A stretch of 64,000 nt of DNA, taken from the NCBI GenBank assembly GCA_963817385.1, contig CAWFOM010000008.1, positions 1 through 64,000 on the forward strand, given 5' to 3'. The translations under genes and the position numbers were made by a program. Under the pieces are notes generated by a model. The model was not told where the DNA came from and searched no databases. It saw only the letters and a program-made list of their open reading frames with translations. Positions 1-9,949 of this stretch are shown piece by piece (within the stretch, counting starts at the first letter, position 1; each line of letters starts with the position of its first letter). This stretch comes from an uncultured delta proteobacterium. GTDB taxonomy: Bacteria; Desulfobacterota; Syntrophia; Syntrophales; UBA5619.

Positions 1-1737
1 TTATATCAATAAGTTGTAAGGGTGTGACTCAGACGGTTCCAACAAAAAGGTTAGGATACCGCGACATTCATTTTTCAGGTGTAGCGACATGATTAGGTCT
101 TTGCCGGTGTTAAATTTGTGTCGTCACCTGATTCGCATCCATCTGCGGATGGATCCTCTTCTTTTTCGGTAAGAGACCTTCTAAGTACGATTTCATTACT
201 TCCTCCCCGAAAAGAGCTTCATTCCATATTTGATCTGGCTCACCAACTACATCTTTCCAAGAATAATTGAACTTCCATTGTATATCTGCAAGTTCAGGTT
301 TCCTTTCAGTTGCTTTTCTCAGATAAACGAACAATTGCAGATAAGACAACTACATCCATTAGTGAATGCACGATACCGAAATATAGAATAAAACTTTTAA
401 GAGGGGTGATTTATAGGCTCAAAGTGCACCTCAAATACTTCAAAGGGTAACGGCTGAGTGGTTTCCAGATAGCCTGGTCGAGATCGGGTTTCGACTACAT
501 AGCTAATTGTCACTTTTACGCTTTTGAAACTTAATAATCCGCTCCGTTCAAAATAAAGCTGCCATAGGGGTCTTTGTCTACTTTTACAAGATATTTCTCA
601 TTAACTACGTTCACAAAGTATTTTTAGCCCAGCCTTGTTCTTTTGCGAATTCAGCGACCGCCTGCCCTTCGGGTAGTGTGGTCAATTTGCCACCCAATGT
701 CAGCTGCTTAGTGTAAAAGCGAGCAACCATTGGTTCTATAATGGGAACTGCTTCAAGGGATTGACAAGCCTTTTCAATTGCCTTTGAGCATTACGCCCAT
801 ACATACATCGCATCCATCCGTGCGATTTCGGCTACGATAAGATCGACCGTTGTATCACTAGGGGTCGAATCCGTGATGACTTTGATCGTTCTAAATTTAG
901 CTGTCTCATATCTGGTGTAACAACAGTAAAATCCGCCTCTAATCCAGATCCTTGCGAGATAAAGTCGGAGTTTGCTTGGGCCACAACAAATGAGTCACGA
1001 GCGCGGCTTGAATGTCGCGATATAACACGGTACCATCATTTTTATAAAATGCTGCTTTCTATCCATTTTGTTGTAAATACGCTAGCTTCAGGATGTTCAT
1101 ACCAAGATTGATCTTGCCTGCTAGTGTAGTGTTACAATTTATCTCTACAATGGGCAACGTTTGTGCTATAAATGGCTTCATGTGGAAGCCAGCCGAAAAA
1201 CTGTCGATGACGGAAGAGCAGCGAACGACCCTGAATGCCTGGAGCTGGGGGCCAGTCCCCAGCGGACTGTGCTGCGAGCACGCATTTGCCTGTTGGCTGC
1301 GGGATGCTTGCCGAACAAGACCATTGCCAAAAGCCTGAAGACCAGTCGTCCGACGGTCGTGATGCGGTTGAGGAACGGGCTCCAGAGGGACTGGCGGAAG
1401 ATGCGCCCCACGGCCTTGTTCAAGGCCATTGTGGAGGCGACTCCGCCGCGCCCCGGGATGCGACTCACTGGTCCACCGTGCGATGGGCCAGGCCATGGGA
1501 GTCAGCAACGCCACAATTTCTCGTATTGGATGCACACGGGTCGCAAGCCGCACCGCGTGGAAGGGTTCAAGCTCTCCAAGGACAAACGGTTTGTTGAAAG
1601 TTGACCGATGTGGTGGGAGTACTAACCCACCGGGCCGTCGTTCTGTGTGTGGATGAGAGTCGGACAGGACAGGCGCTGCACGGGACGCAACCCGGCCTGC
1701 CGATGAAAGGTCGCTGCGGGACTGACGCACGATTACA
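1..1737. repeat. Degenerate inverted (fold-back) copy of 1747-3554; probable assembly/read artefact
   Basis: Bases 1-60 are the reverse complement of ~3495-3554. Homology continues to the apex tgacgcacgattaca/aactggtcg/tgtaatcgtgcgtca at 1723-1761. The left arm has many indels that fragment the ORFs intact in the right arm. Confidence 0.95.
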
Positions 1738-2395
1738 AACTGGTCGTGTAATCGTGCGTCATCGTCCCGCAGCGACCTTTCTTCATCGGCAGGCCGGGTT
1801 GCGTCCGGTCCAGCGCCTGTATCTGCGACTTCTCATCCACACACAGAACGACGGCCTTGTCCGGTGGGTTCAGGTATACTCCCACCACATCCGTCAACTT
1901 TTCAACAAACCGTTTGTCCTTGGAGAGCTTGAACCCTTCCACGCGGTGCGGCTGCAACCCGTGTGCATCCCAAATACGAGAAATTGTGGCGTTGCTGACT
2001 CCCATGGCCTGGCCCATCGCCCGCGTGGACCAGTGAGTCGCATCCGGGGGCGTCGTGTGCAGAGTGGCCTCCACAATCGCCTTGATCTTTTCAGCAGACA
2101 GAGAGCGGGAACTCAGGCCGTGGGGCGCATCTTCCGCCAGTCCCTCTGGACCCCGTTCCTCAAACCGCGTGCGCCATTGCACGACCGTCGGACGACTGGT
2201 CTTCAGGCTTTTGGCAATGGTCCTGTTGGGCAAACCATCCGCAGCCAACAGGCAAATGCGTGCTCGCAGCACGGTCCGCTGGGGACTGGTTTTGGCCCCC
2301 ACCCAGGCATTCAGGGTCGTTCGCTGCTCTTCCGTCATCGACAGTTTTTCGGCTGGCTTCCACATGAAGCCATTTATAGCACAAACGTTGCCCAT
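1733..2395 (-). CDS. IS630-family transposase, N-terminal part (truncated)
   Basis: HTH region, THWSTR motif and CVDEKSQIQALDRTQPGLP...MTHDY typical of IS630. The ORF ends at the hairpin apex, before the remaining DDE residues. Confidence 0.9.
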   Translation of the reverse strand: MGNVCAINGFMWKPAEKLSMTEEQRTTLNAWVGAKTSPQRTVLRARICLLAADGLPNRTIAKSLKTSRPTVVQWRTRFEERGPEGLAEDAPHGLSSRSLSAEKIKAIVEATLHTTPPDATHWSTRAMGQAMGVSNATISRIWDAHGLQPHRVEGFKLSKDKRFVEKLTDVVGVYLNPPDKAVVLCVDEKSQIQALDRTQPGLPMKKGRCGTMTHDYTTSL

Positions 2396-2424
2396 TGTAA
2401 AGATATTATTGTAACACTACACTA
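1747..2424 (-). mobile_element. IS630-family insertion sequence, left part (truncated at the fold-back apex)
   Basis: Contains an IS630-type transposase ORF. The element end TAGTGTAGTGTTACAA lies at a CTAG site (2422-2425), consistent with IS630 TA targeting. Confidence 0.85.
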
Positions 2425-3461
2425 GCAGGCAAGATCAATCTTCGTATGCGACTGCTGAAGCTAGCGTATTTACAACAAAATGGATAGAAGCAGCACTTTA
2501 TAAAAATGATGGTACCGTGTTATATCGCGACATTCAAGCCGCGCTCGTAGACTCATTTGTTGGATCGCCCGAGCAAACTCCATTCTTTATCTCGCAAGGA
2601 TCTGGATTAGAGGCATTTACTGTTGTTACACCAGATATGAGACAGCTAAATTTAGAACGATCAAAGTCATCACGGGTACCAACCCCTAGTGATACAACGG
2701 TCGATCTTATCGTAGCCGAAATCGCACGGATGGATGCGATGTATGTATCGGCGGGTGATGCTTCAAAGGCAATTGAAAAGGCTTGTCAATCCCTTGAAGC
2801 AGTTCCCATTATAGAACCAATGGTTGCTCGCTTTTACACTAAGCAGCTGACATTGGGTGGCAAATTGACCACACTACCCAAAGGAAGAGCGGTCGCTGAA
2901 TTCGCAAAAGAACAAGGCTGGGCTAAAAAATACTTTGTGAACGTAGTTAATGAGAAATATCTTGTAAAAGTAGACAAAGACCCTATGGCAGCTCTTGAAC
3001 GGAGCGGATTATTAAGTTTACAAAAGCGTAAAAGTGACGATGACTATGTAGTCGAAACCCGATCTCGACCAGGCTATCTGGAAACCACTCAGCCGTTACC
3101 CTTTGAAGTATTTGAGGTGCACTTTGAGCCTATAAATCACCCCTCTCTTAAAAGTTTTATTCTATATATCGGTATCGTGCATTCACTAATGGATGTAGTT
3201 GTCTTATCTGCAATTGTTCGTTTATCTGAGAAAGGCTGGACTGAAAGGAAACCTGAACTTGCAGATATACAATGGAAGTTCAAGAATTATTCTTGGAAAG
3301 ATGTAGTTGGTGAGCCAGATCAAATATGGAATGAAGCTCTTTCCAACGGGGAGGAAGTAATGAAATCGTACTTAGAAGGTCTCTTACCGAAAAAAGAAGA
3401 ATCATCCGCAGATGGATGCGAATCAGGTGACGACACAAATTTAACACCGGCAAAGACCTAA
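2424..3461 (+). pseudogene. C-terminal part of a probable caspase-family (peptidase C14) protein interrupted by IS630
   Basis: The frame of ORF 2517-3461 stays open back to the IS junction: SRQDQSSYATAEASVFTTKWIEAAL...YRDIQAALVDSF...EQTPFF, resembling the C-terminal (p10-like) part of bacterial caspase homologues. The region is AT-rich. Confidence 0.55.
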
Positions 3462-3555
3462 TAATATCGCTGCACCTGAATAAAAGAATGTCGCGGTATC
3501 CTAACCTTTTTGTTGGAACCGTCTGAGTCACACCCTTACAACTTATTGATATAAA

Positions 3556-3632
3556 TGGTCGGGGCGGAGTGATTTGAACACTCGACATCCTGCTCCCAAA
3601 GCAGGCGCGCTACCGGGCTGCGCTACGCCCCG
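3556..3632 (-). tRNA. tRNA-Pro(TGG)
   Basis: CGGGGCGTAGCGCAGCCCGGTAGCGCG...CCTGC TTTGGGA GCAGG...GTTCAAATC...CCCCGACCA; cloverleaf with encoded CCA. Confidence 0.97.
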
Positions 3633-4231
3633 TTTTCCTCAATTCCCTTCTGAAGCCAGACGTTCAGTTTTGCAAACGCCTCTGCCCGATGGCTGATCCG
3701 GTTTTTGATCTCGGACGGGAGTTCAGCCACCGTAACGCCCTGCTCCGGCAGAAAAAAGACCGGATCATAGCCGAATCCGCCCTTCCCTGCCGGCGCCTCT
3801 GCAATCCGCCCCGCCCACCGGCCTTCGAACGAGTCGCACCGCCCGTCGGGCCGATAGACGACGAGGACGCACCGGAAGGCGGCGTCCCGCTCGGCGGGGG
3901 GAACACCCTTGAGCTCATCGAGGAGCTTCCGGATGTTCTCTGCGTCCCCCGCGCCGTCTCCGGCATACCGGGAGGAGTAGATTCCGGGGGCCCCGCCGAG
4001 GGCCGCAACCTCCAGCCCCGAATCGTCGGCGAGGCAGATCTCGCCGGTCAGCTCCGCAATCGTCCTTGCCTTTTTGAGAGCATTTTCCAGGAAAGAGCAT
4101 CCGTCTTCGGCGATCTCGGGAAGATCCGGATAATCGTCCAGTGTCTTGAGGGTGAACCCGCTTCCCGCCAGCATCGCCTGGATCTCTCGAATCTTTCCCC
4201 GGTTGCGTGAGGCGAATACGATCGTTTTCAG
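3623..4231 (-). CDS. rdgB: XTP/dITP diphosphatase (Ham1 family)
   Basis: [34 protein letters not shown] and KNRISHR motifs. The frame extends to a CTG at 4231 that overlaps the rph stop. Confidence 0.95.
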   Translation of the reverse strand: MKTIVFASRNRGKIREIQAMLAGSGFTLKTLDDYPDLPEIAEDGCSFLENALKKARTIAELTGEICLADDSGLEVAALGGAPGIYSSRYAGDGAGDAENIRKLLDELKGVPPAERDAAFRCVLVVYRPDGRCDSFEGRWAGRIAEAPAGKGGFGYDPVFFLPEQGVTVAELPSEIKNRISHRAEAFAKLNVWLQKGIEENGA

Positions 4232-4959
4232 TCCAGCCCCCCGAGGATCTCCCTCTGCCTCCGCGTCAGTTCGTCAATGCCGGCAGCGGCCAGCTCCGTC
4301 ATGGCGTTGAGTCGATCGCGGTCGAACGGCCTGGCCTCCGCGGTTCCCTGGACCTCGATGAAGAGCCCCTTGCCGGTCATCACGACATTCATGTCCACTT
4401 CGGCGCCTGAATCCTCCGCGTAGTCGAGATCGAGCAGGAGCTGCCCGTCCACAACACCGACGCTGACGGCGGAGACATAATCCGTTACGGGAATCGCACT
4501 CACCACCCCCCGATCCTTCAGGCGTCGAAAGAGATCGACAAGGGCGACAAACGCCCCGGTGATGGCCGCGGTCCGGGTACCGCCGTCGGCCTGAATGACG
4601 TCGCAATCGATCGTGATCGTCCGCTCGCCGAAGGCGTGAAGATCGGTCACGGCCCGAAGGGAGCGGCCGATCAGGCGCTGAATCTCATGGGTCCTCCCCC
4701 CGATCTTCCCGCTGGTCGATTCGCGGGGGGATCTTTTCTGGGTTGAGGCGGGAAGCATCGCGTATTCCGCCGTCAGCCAGCCCCTCCCCGAATTCTTGAG
4801 AAACGGGGGGACCTTATCTTCCAGCGTCGCCGCACAGATCACCCGGGTACGGCCCATCTCCACCAGCACGGACCCATCCGAAAATTGCAGAAAATCTCTG
4901 GTGATGCGAAAATCCCGCAATCGATTCCACTGTCTGCCGCCGTCTCTCATTGTCTGCAT
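4228..4959 (-). CDS. rph: Ribonuclease PH
   Basis: [26 protein letters not shown] and [18 protein letters not shown] motifs. Confidence 0.98.
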   Translation of the reverse strand: MQTMRDGGRQWNRLRDFRITRDFLQFSDGSVLVEMGRTRVICAATLEDKVPPFLKNSGRGWLTAEYAMLPASTQKRSPRESTSGKIGGRTHEIQRLIGRSLRAVTDLHAFGERTITIDCDVIQADGGTRTAAITGAFVALVDLFRRLKDRGVVSAIPVTDYVSAVSVGVVDGQLLLDLDYAEDSGAEVDMNVVMTGKGLFIEVQGTAEARPFDRDRLNAMTELAAAGIDELTRRQREILGGLD

Positions 4960-4966
4960 TCCTCTT

Positions 4967-5677
4967 CTACGGCGTCTTTGCGAAATAGTCCCGGAGACCT
5001 TTGACCAGGGCGCGGGCGATGGCCCGTTGCGTCTCTTCCGAGGTCAACCGTTTGCGTTCCTCCGGATTTGTCGCAAAACCCAGCTCTACAATCAGCCCCG
5101 GCATGGTCAATCCGTCCAGGAGCGGGCTGGGCGCATCCCTCAGTCCCCGTCCCTTGCGGGGGAAGACGGTCTCGATACCGGCCTGGATGTGCTGGGCGAG
5201 TCGTACGGAATCGTTGAGGGATCTGTTTTTTACCATATCCTTGAGAATAGGTGCGGATTCCCCTCCCGGCGAGAGGTTCTGTCTGAACCCTGGGAAGTAT
5301 ACCTCATAGCCGGTCGCTTTTTTCCCAAAACCCGCGTTGATATGCAGGCTGATCAGGCAATCGGGCTTCAATGCGCCGGCCGCTTTGATCCTCTCCGCGA
5401 CCGTCATGGTCCTATCCGCGGAACGGGTCAACTGGACCTGAAGGTTCTCTCCTTTTTGCGCTTCCTGTCGAATCAGAAGGGCAATGTTCATGGTCAGGTC
5501 TTTTTCCCTGAGCTGATCGGAAACCACGCCCGAATCCTCTCCCCCATGCGCCGGATCGATCAGCACCGTGTATCGGTTTCGCTGGGCGCCTTCCCCCATT
5601 ACGGGAACAACGCATGCGATCAGCAGTGCCAAGGCAACAATCTCAATTCTCACCATCTGGCTATTCATGAACAGCAT
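4967..5677 (-). CDS. N-acetylmuramoyl-L-alanine amidase (Amidase_3)
   Basis: Signal-like N-terminus; Zn ligands in [16 protein letters not shown] and VELGF. Start codon uncertain (5668-5719). Confidence 0.9.
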   Translation of the reverse strand: MLFMNSQMVRIEIVALALLIACVVPVMGEGAQRNRYTVLIDPAHGGEDSGVVSDQLREKDLTMNIALLIRQEAQKGENLQVQLTRSADRTMTVAERIKAAGALKPDCLISLHINAGFGKKATGYEVYFPGFRQNLSPGGESAPILKDMVKNRSLNDSVRLAQHIQAGIETVFPRKGRGLRDAPSPLLDGLTMPGLIVELGFATNPEERKRLTSEETQRAIARALVKGLRDYFAKTP

Positions 5678-5746
5678 TTCTTCCTTTCCGGTCGACTCTT
5701 TCCAAGGTCTGTGCTTCATACAGCAAACAGCCGCCGGCTGTCAATT

Positions 5747-5860
5747 GAAGATTCTCCGTAAGCTGCGGAAAATCTTCGATCCTTTAGAGGAATAAACCAT
5801 TCCGTTTATGCTCGCTTACCCCGCTGCAAGCCGCGGGGAATGCGCTCACGGGCGGATTCA
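5747..5860. repeat. Intergenic REP-like element with two GC-rich hairpins
   Basis: gaagattctccgtaagctgcggaaaatcttc and ccccgctgcaagccgcgggg; the motif is related to 50551-50619. Confidence 0.55.
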
Positions 5861-5887
5861 TATCATCGGGCCGGACGTAGCGATTCC

Positions 5888-8032
5888 TCAAGAGCGCCAG
5901 AGTCTCTGCACGGAAACGACCCCGCGCACCTTTCTGACCGCCGCAACGACGCGATTGAACTGATCGAGGTCATTCACGTTGACCGTAAAATCGCACGTGG
6001 CCTTCCCGTCGGTGTCGGTATTCGTCTCCGCATGGGTGATGTTCACGTCCATCAGGGAGATGGCGGCGCTGATGTCGGCCAGAATCCCCTTCTTGTCGTT
6101 GCAGATTATCCGCATCAGGACCTGATACTCCCGTTTTTCGCGGATGTCCCAGTGGACATCAACCAACCGCTCGGAATCCATATCCCGGACATGGATGCAA
6201 TTGGCGGTATGCACGACAACCCCCCGGCCTCGGGAGATATAACCGACGATCTCATCCCCGGGGATCGGATCGCAGCACTTGGCATACCGGACCATGATAT
6301 CGTCGATCCCGGTGAGGGAGACGCCGACATGCGCCGCCGCTGCATCCTTCTTCCTCGCCCTCTCTCCGGTCTCCTCTTTCTTGACTTCTTCCTCGGGAAG
6401 AAAGTGGTGGACGACATGTTTCGGAGAGACCCGCCCGTATCCGACGACCGCCATCAGGTCTTCGATGGAATCGACATGACATTCGGCCAGCATCTCTTCC
6501 ATTTCCTTGGTTTTTGCAAACTTGCCGAAGTTGAGGTGATTTTTCCGGAATTCTTTCTCCAGGAGGTCCTTCCCGAGGGCGATGCTCTTCTTGCGCTCCT
6601 CGGTCTTTACCCAGTTGCGGATCTTTGCCATCGCGCGGGAGGTGACGACAAACTTCAACCAGTCCTTGCTCGGGTGGTGTCCCGCCTGGGTGATGATCTC
6701 AATCGTATCCCCGTTCTTGAGCTGATATTTCAGCGGTACGATGCTCCGGTTCACTTTGGCGCCGATACACTTGTTGCCGATATCCGTGTGGATGCTGTAG
6801 GCAAAATCGATGGGGGTCGCCCCTTTGGGAAAGGACCTCACATCTCCGTCCGGGGTGAACACATAGACTTCCTCCGGGAAAAGGGCCACTTTCAGGTTCG
6901 ACATGAACTCGCGCGGGTTCTCGATCTCCTGCTGCGCATCGAGCAGGTCCCGAAGCTTCTTGATCTGATCATCATCCGTGTCGGAAAAGGCGCGGCCCTC
7001 TTTATAGCGCCAGTGTGAGGCGATGCCTTCCTCAGCCCATTCGTGCATCGCCCGGGTGCGGATCTGGATCTCGACCCGCTCCCCGTAGGGGCCGATCACC
7101 GTCGTATGGAGGGATTGGTAGTGGTTCGCTTTCGGCATCGCGATATAATCCTTGAACCGCCCGGGAACCGGCTTCCAGAGCGCGTGGACGACGCTCAGCG
7201 CTTCGTAGCAGTCCTTCTCCTTGTCCGAGTCGAGGATTACCCGAAACGCCGTAAGATCATATACCTCATCGAAATTGATCTGCTGCTCCTTCATCTTTTT
7301 ATAGATGCTGTAAAAATGTTTGGCCCTCCCTTCCACCTCGACCGGAATGCCGAGGCTTTCCATCTCCCGGTGGATGATCCCGCGCACCTCTTCCGCGTAC
7401 TCCTCGCGCTTCTGCTTCTTTTTCACCACCCGCCTGGCCAGTTCATTATAGGCATCGAAGTCCAGATACCGGAAGGCGAGGTCCTCCAGTTCCGTCTTCA
7501 TCCAGTTGATCCCCAGGCGGTTGGCAAGGGGCGCGTAGAGCTCCAGGGTCTCCTTGGAGATGTAGACCTGCCTCTCCGGCGTCTGGAATTCCAGGGTTCG
7601 CATGTTGTGGATGCGGTCCGCCAGGCGTACGAGGAGAATCCGGATATCGGACGACATGGCGAGGATCATTTTCCGGAAATTTTCCGCCTGTCGTTCTTCC
7701 TGGTTTCCGAGGGTGATCTTGCTGATCTTGGTCAGTCCGTCGACGAGAACGGCCACCTCCTTTCCGAAGGCCTCCTCGATCTGTTCCTGGGTGGCCAGCG
7801 TATCCTCGACGGTATCGTGGAGAAGACCGGTCACGAGGGTGGCTGCATCGAGCTTCATATCGGCCAGGATCCCGCACACCTCCATCGGATGGGTCAGGTA
7901 CGGCTCGCCCGAGAGACGTATCTGGCCCTGATGGACGGAGGCGGAAAATATGTACGCCTTTTCGATCATCTCCAGGGCGGAAGCGGGCAGATAGGATTGA
8001 GCCTTGTCGAGGATGTCGTTGATGCGGAGCAT
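5888..8032 (-). CDS. spoT: Bifunctional (p)ppGpp synthetase/hydrolase RelA/SpoT
   Basis: HD domain (LLHDTVED), synthetase (RFKDYIAMPKANHYQSLHTT), TGS and ACT domains. Confidence 0.95.
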   Translation of the reverse strand: MLRINDILDKAQSYLPASALEMIEKAYIFSASVHQGQIRLSGEPYLTHPMEVCGILADMKLDAATLVTGLLHDTVEDTLATQEQIEEAFGKEVAVLVDGLTKISKITLGNQEERQAENFRKMILAMSSDIRILLVRLADRIHNMRTLEFQTPERQVYISKETLELYAPLANRLGINWMKTELEDLAFRYLDFDAYNELARRVVKKKQKREEYAEEVRGIIHREMESLGIPVEVEGRAKHFYSIYKKMKEQQINFDEVYDLTAFRVILDSDKEKDCYEALSVVHALWKPVPGRFKDYIAMPKANHYQSLHTTVIGPYGERVEIQIRTRAMHEWAEEGIASHWRYKEGRAFSDTDDDQIKKLRDLLDAQQEIENPREFMSNLKVALFPEEVYVFTPDGDVRSFPKGATPIDFAYSIHTDIGNKCIGAKVNRSIVPLKYQLKNGDTIEIITQAGHHPSKDWLKFVVTSRAMAKIRNWVKTEERKKSIALGKDLLEKEFRKNHLNFGKFAKTKEMEEMLAECHVDSIEDLMAVVGYGRVSPKHVVHHFLPEEEVKKEETGERARKKDAAAAHVGVSLTGIDDIMVRYAKCCDPIPGDEIVGYISRGRGVVVHTANCIHVRDMDSERLVDVHWDIREKREYQVLMRIICNDKKGILADISAAISLMDVNITHAETNTDTDGKATCDFTVNVNDLDQFNRVVAAVRKVRGVVSVQRLWRS

Positions 8033-8037
8033 GGTTT

Positions 8038-9750
8038 CTACATTCCTTCGCGAATCCTGGCCATGATAAACGTCTCGATCTCGGCAACCGGCAGGGTCGT
8101 GACCTCTCCGGACCGCCGGGACTTGATCTCCACCTGCCCTTCGGCCAGTTTTTTCGGACCGACCGTAATTCGATAAGGGATGCCGATGAGATCGGCATCC
8201 TTGAATTTGACGCCCGCCCGTTCATCCCGGTCATCCAGAATGACATCCACCCCCCGTTCCGCAAGGGTGCGGTAGATGCTCTCCGCCGCATCGGAGAGGC
8301 TCTTTTCGTTCACGTTCACCGGGGTGATGATCACCTGATAGGGGGCCAGCGGCAGGGGCCAGACGATCCCGTCCGCATCGTGATTCTGTTCGATGGCCGC
8401 GGCGACCGTCCTGCCGATGCCGATGCCGTAGCATCCCATGATCATGAGTCTGTTCCTTGCCGTTCTCGATCGAGAAAGACGGCCTTCATCGCCTTGCTGT
8501 ACTTGGTCCCCAGCTTGAACACATGGCCGACCTCGATGCCGCGGGCAATACGGATCTCCTTCCCGCATCGCGGACAGGGATCGGTTTCCCGGATCACCCG
8601 GAGATCGGCATATTCGGGAATCGGGAAATCCCTTCCGGGGTTCACGTGGATGAGGTGATAGTCTTCACGGTTCGCCCCCATGACGCAATTGGCGATGCCC
8701 ATGAGGGAATAATCGGCGATGATGCGGGTGGTGATGCCGACGGCGCCGGCAAAGCCGCGGGGCGAGCCGGTCGCTTTAAGGATCAGATCATCCTGAGCCA
8801 GCTCCAGGAGGTCGCACCCGAGACGGTTTTTCACCTTGATCTCGTTGACCTCCTGGTCCCCGCGGATCAGCACCGCCACCGGAACGCCGTCCGCCGAGTA
8901 GATCAGCGTCTTGACGACCTCTTCCGGTTTCACCTTCAGAAAGGCGCAGACATCTTCGATGGTCTTCACCCCCGGCGTGTGGACCTCCTCCAGCGGGAGC
9001 GGGCGGATCGGTCTCTTTTTTCTCCGCCGGCTTTGCGATCTCGGCCTTCTCCAGATTCGCCGCATACTGACAGGCGCCGCAGAAGGCAATCGCGTCCTCG
9101 CCGGAATCCGCCATCACCATGAACTCATGGGAATAACTTCCCCCGATGCTTCCCGAATCGGCCTCCACCGGCCGGAAGTCCAGCCCGCACCGGGTGAAGA
9201 TCCGCTTGTAGGCCTCGAACATCTTGCGGTAACTGATCTCGGCGCCCGCCTCATCCGCGTCGAAACTGTACGCGTCCTTCATGCCGAATTCCCGGCAGCG
9301 CATCACCCCGAAACGGGGGCGGATCTCGTCGCGGAATTTCGTCTGGATCTGGTAGAGATTCCGCGGAAGCTGCCGGTACGTTTTGATCTCGTTGCGCACC
9401 AGGTCGGTGATCACCTCCTCATGGGTCGGCCCGAGACAGCACTCCCGGTCATGGCGATCGCGGAAGCGAAGCAGTTCCTTGCCGTAATGGACCCAGCGGC
9501 CCGACTCCTGCCAGAGCTCCGCCGGTTGCACCATCGGCAGGAAGACCTCCTGGGCGCCCGCCCGGTTCATCTCCTCCCGGACGATCTGTTCAACCCTGCG
9601 GATCGCCCGGTAGCCGAAGGGCAGATAGGAATAGACGCCCCCGGTCAATTTTCGTATCATGCCCGCCCTGATCATGAGCTGGTGGCTTATCAGTTCCGCA
9701 TCGGACGGGACCTCCCGTCCCGTGGGCAGGAACATCTCTGAATAACGCAT
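8038..9750 (-). CDS. proS: Proline--tRNA ligase (frameshifts near 9005 and 8445-8470, probably sequencing errors)
   Basis: Three consecutive ORFs carry [17 protein letters not shown], the insertion domain, [15 protein letters not shown] and MGCYGIG...[11 protein letters not shown]. Confidence 0.95.
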
Positions 9751-9772
9751 TGATCCTCCTTGATATCATTAG

Positions 9773-9897
9773 CATGCTGCTGAAAAACGCTCATCTGCGG
9801 CGTTGCGCTGCAAACCTCATCGCTCTACGTATATCCGTATACGCCTCGCTCTTCGGTTTTTTGCGCGCCTTGCATCTAAGTATTTTTGAACAGCCTG
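9773..9897. repeat. ~125-bp MITE-like palindromic intergenic element (copy A)
   Basis: Imperfect terminal IRs catgctgctgaaaaa / tttttgaacagcctg and a central cgtata-tccg-tatacg hairpin; core homologous to 46560-46686. Confidence 0.7.
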
Positions 9898-9949
9898 TAA
9901 AACGGGTGCGTTTCACACCATATCGGGACACAACAACGCTCTTCGGTGA

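Noticed and set aside
110..1730. ORFs in the left arm, including an apparent second transposase and a second copy of the hypothetical gene
   Set aside because: They are error-ridden mirror images of 1747-3554, not independent genes.
1723..1761. Hairpin telomere of a linear replicon
   Set aside because: The apex is mid-transposase, no protelomerase is seen, arm quality is asymmetric, and the flanking DNA is ordinary chromosome.
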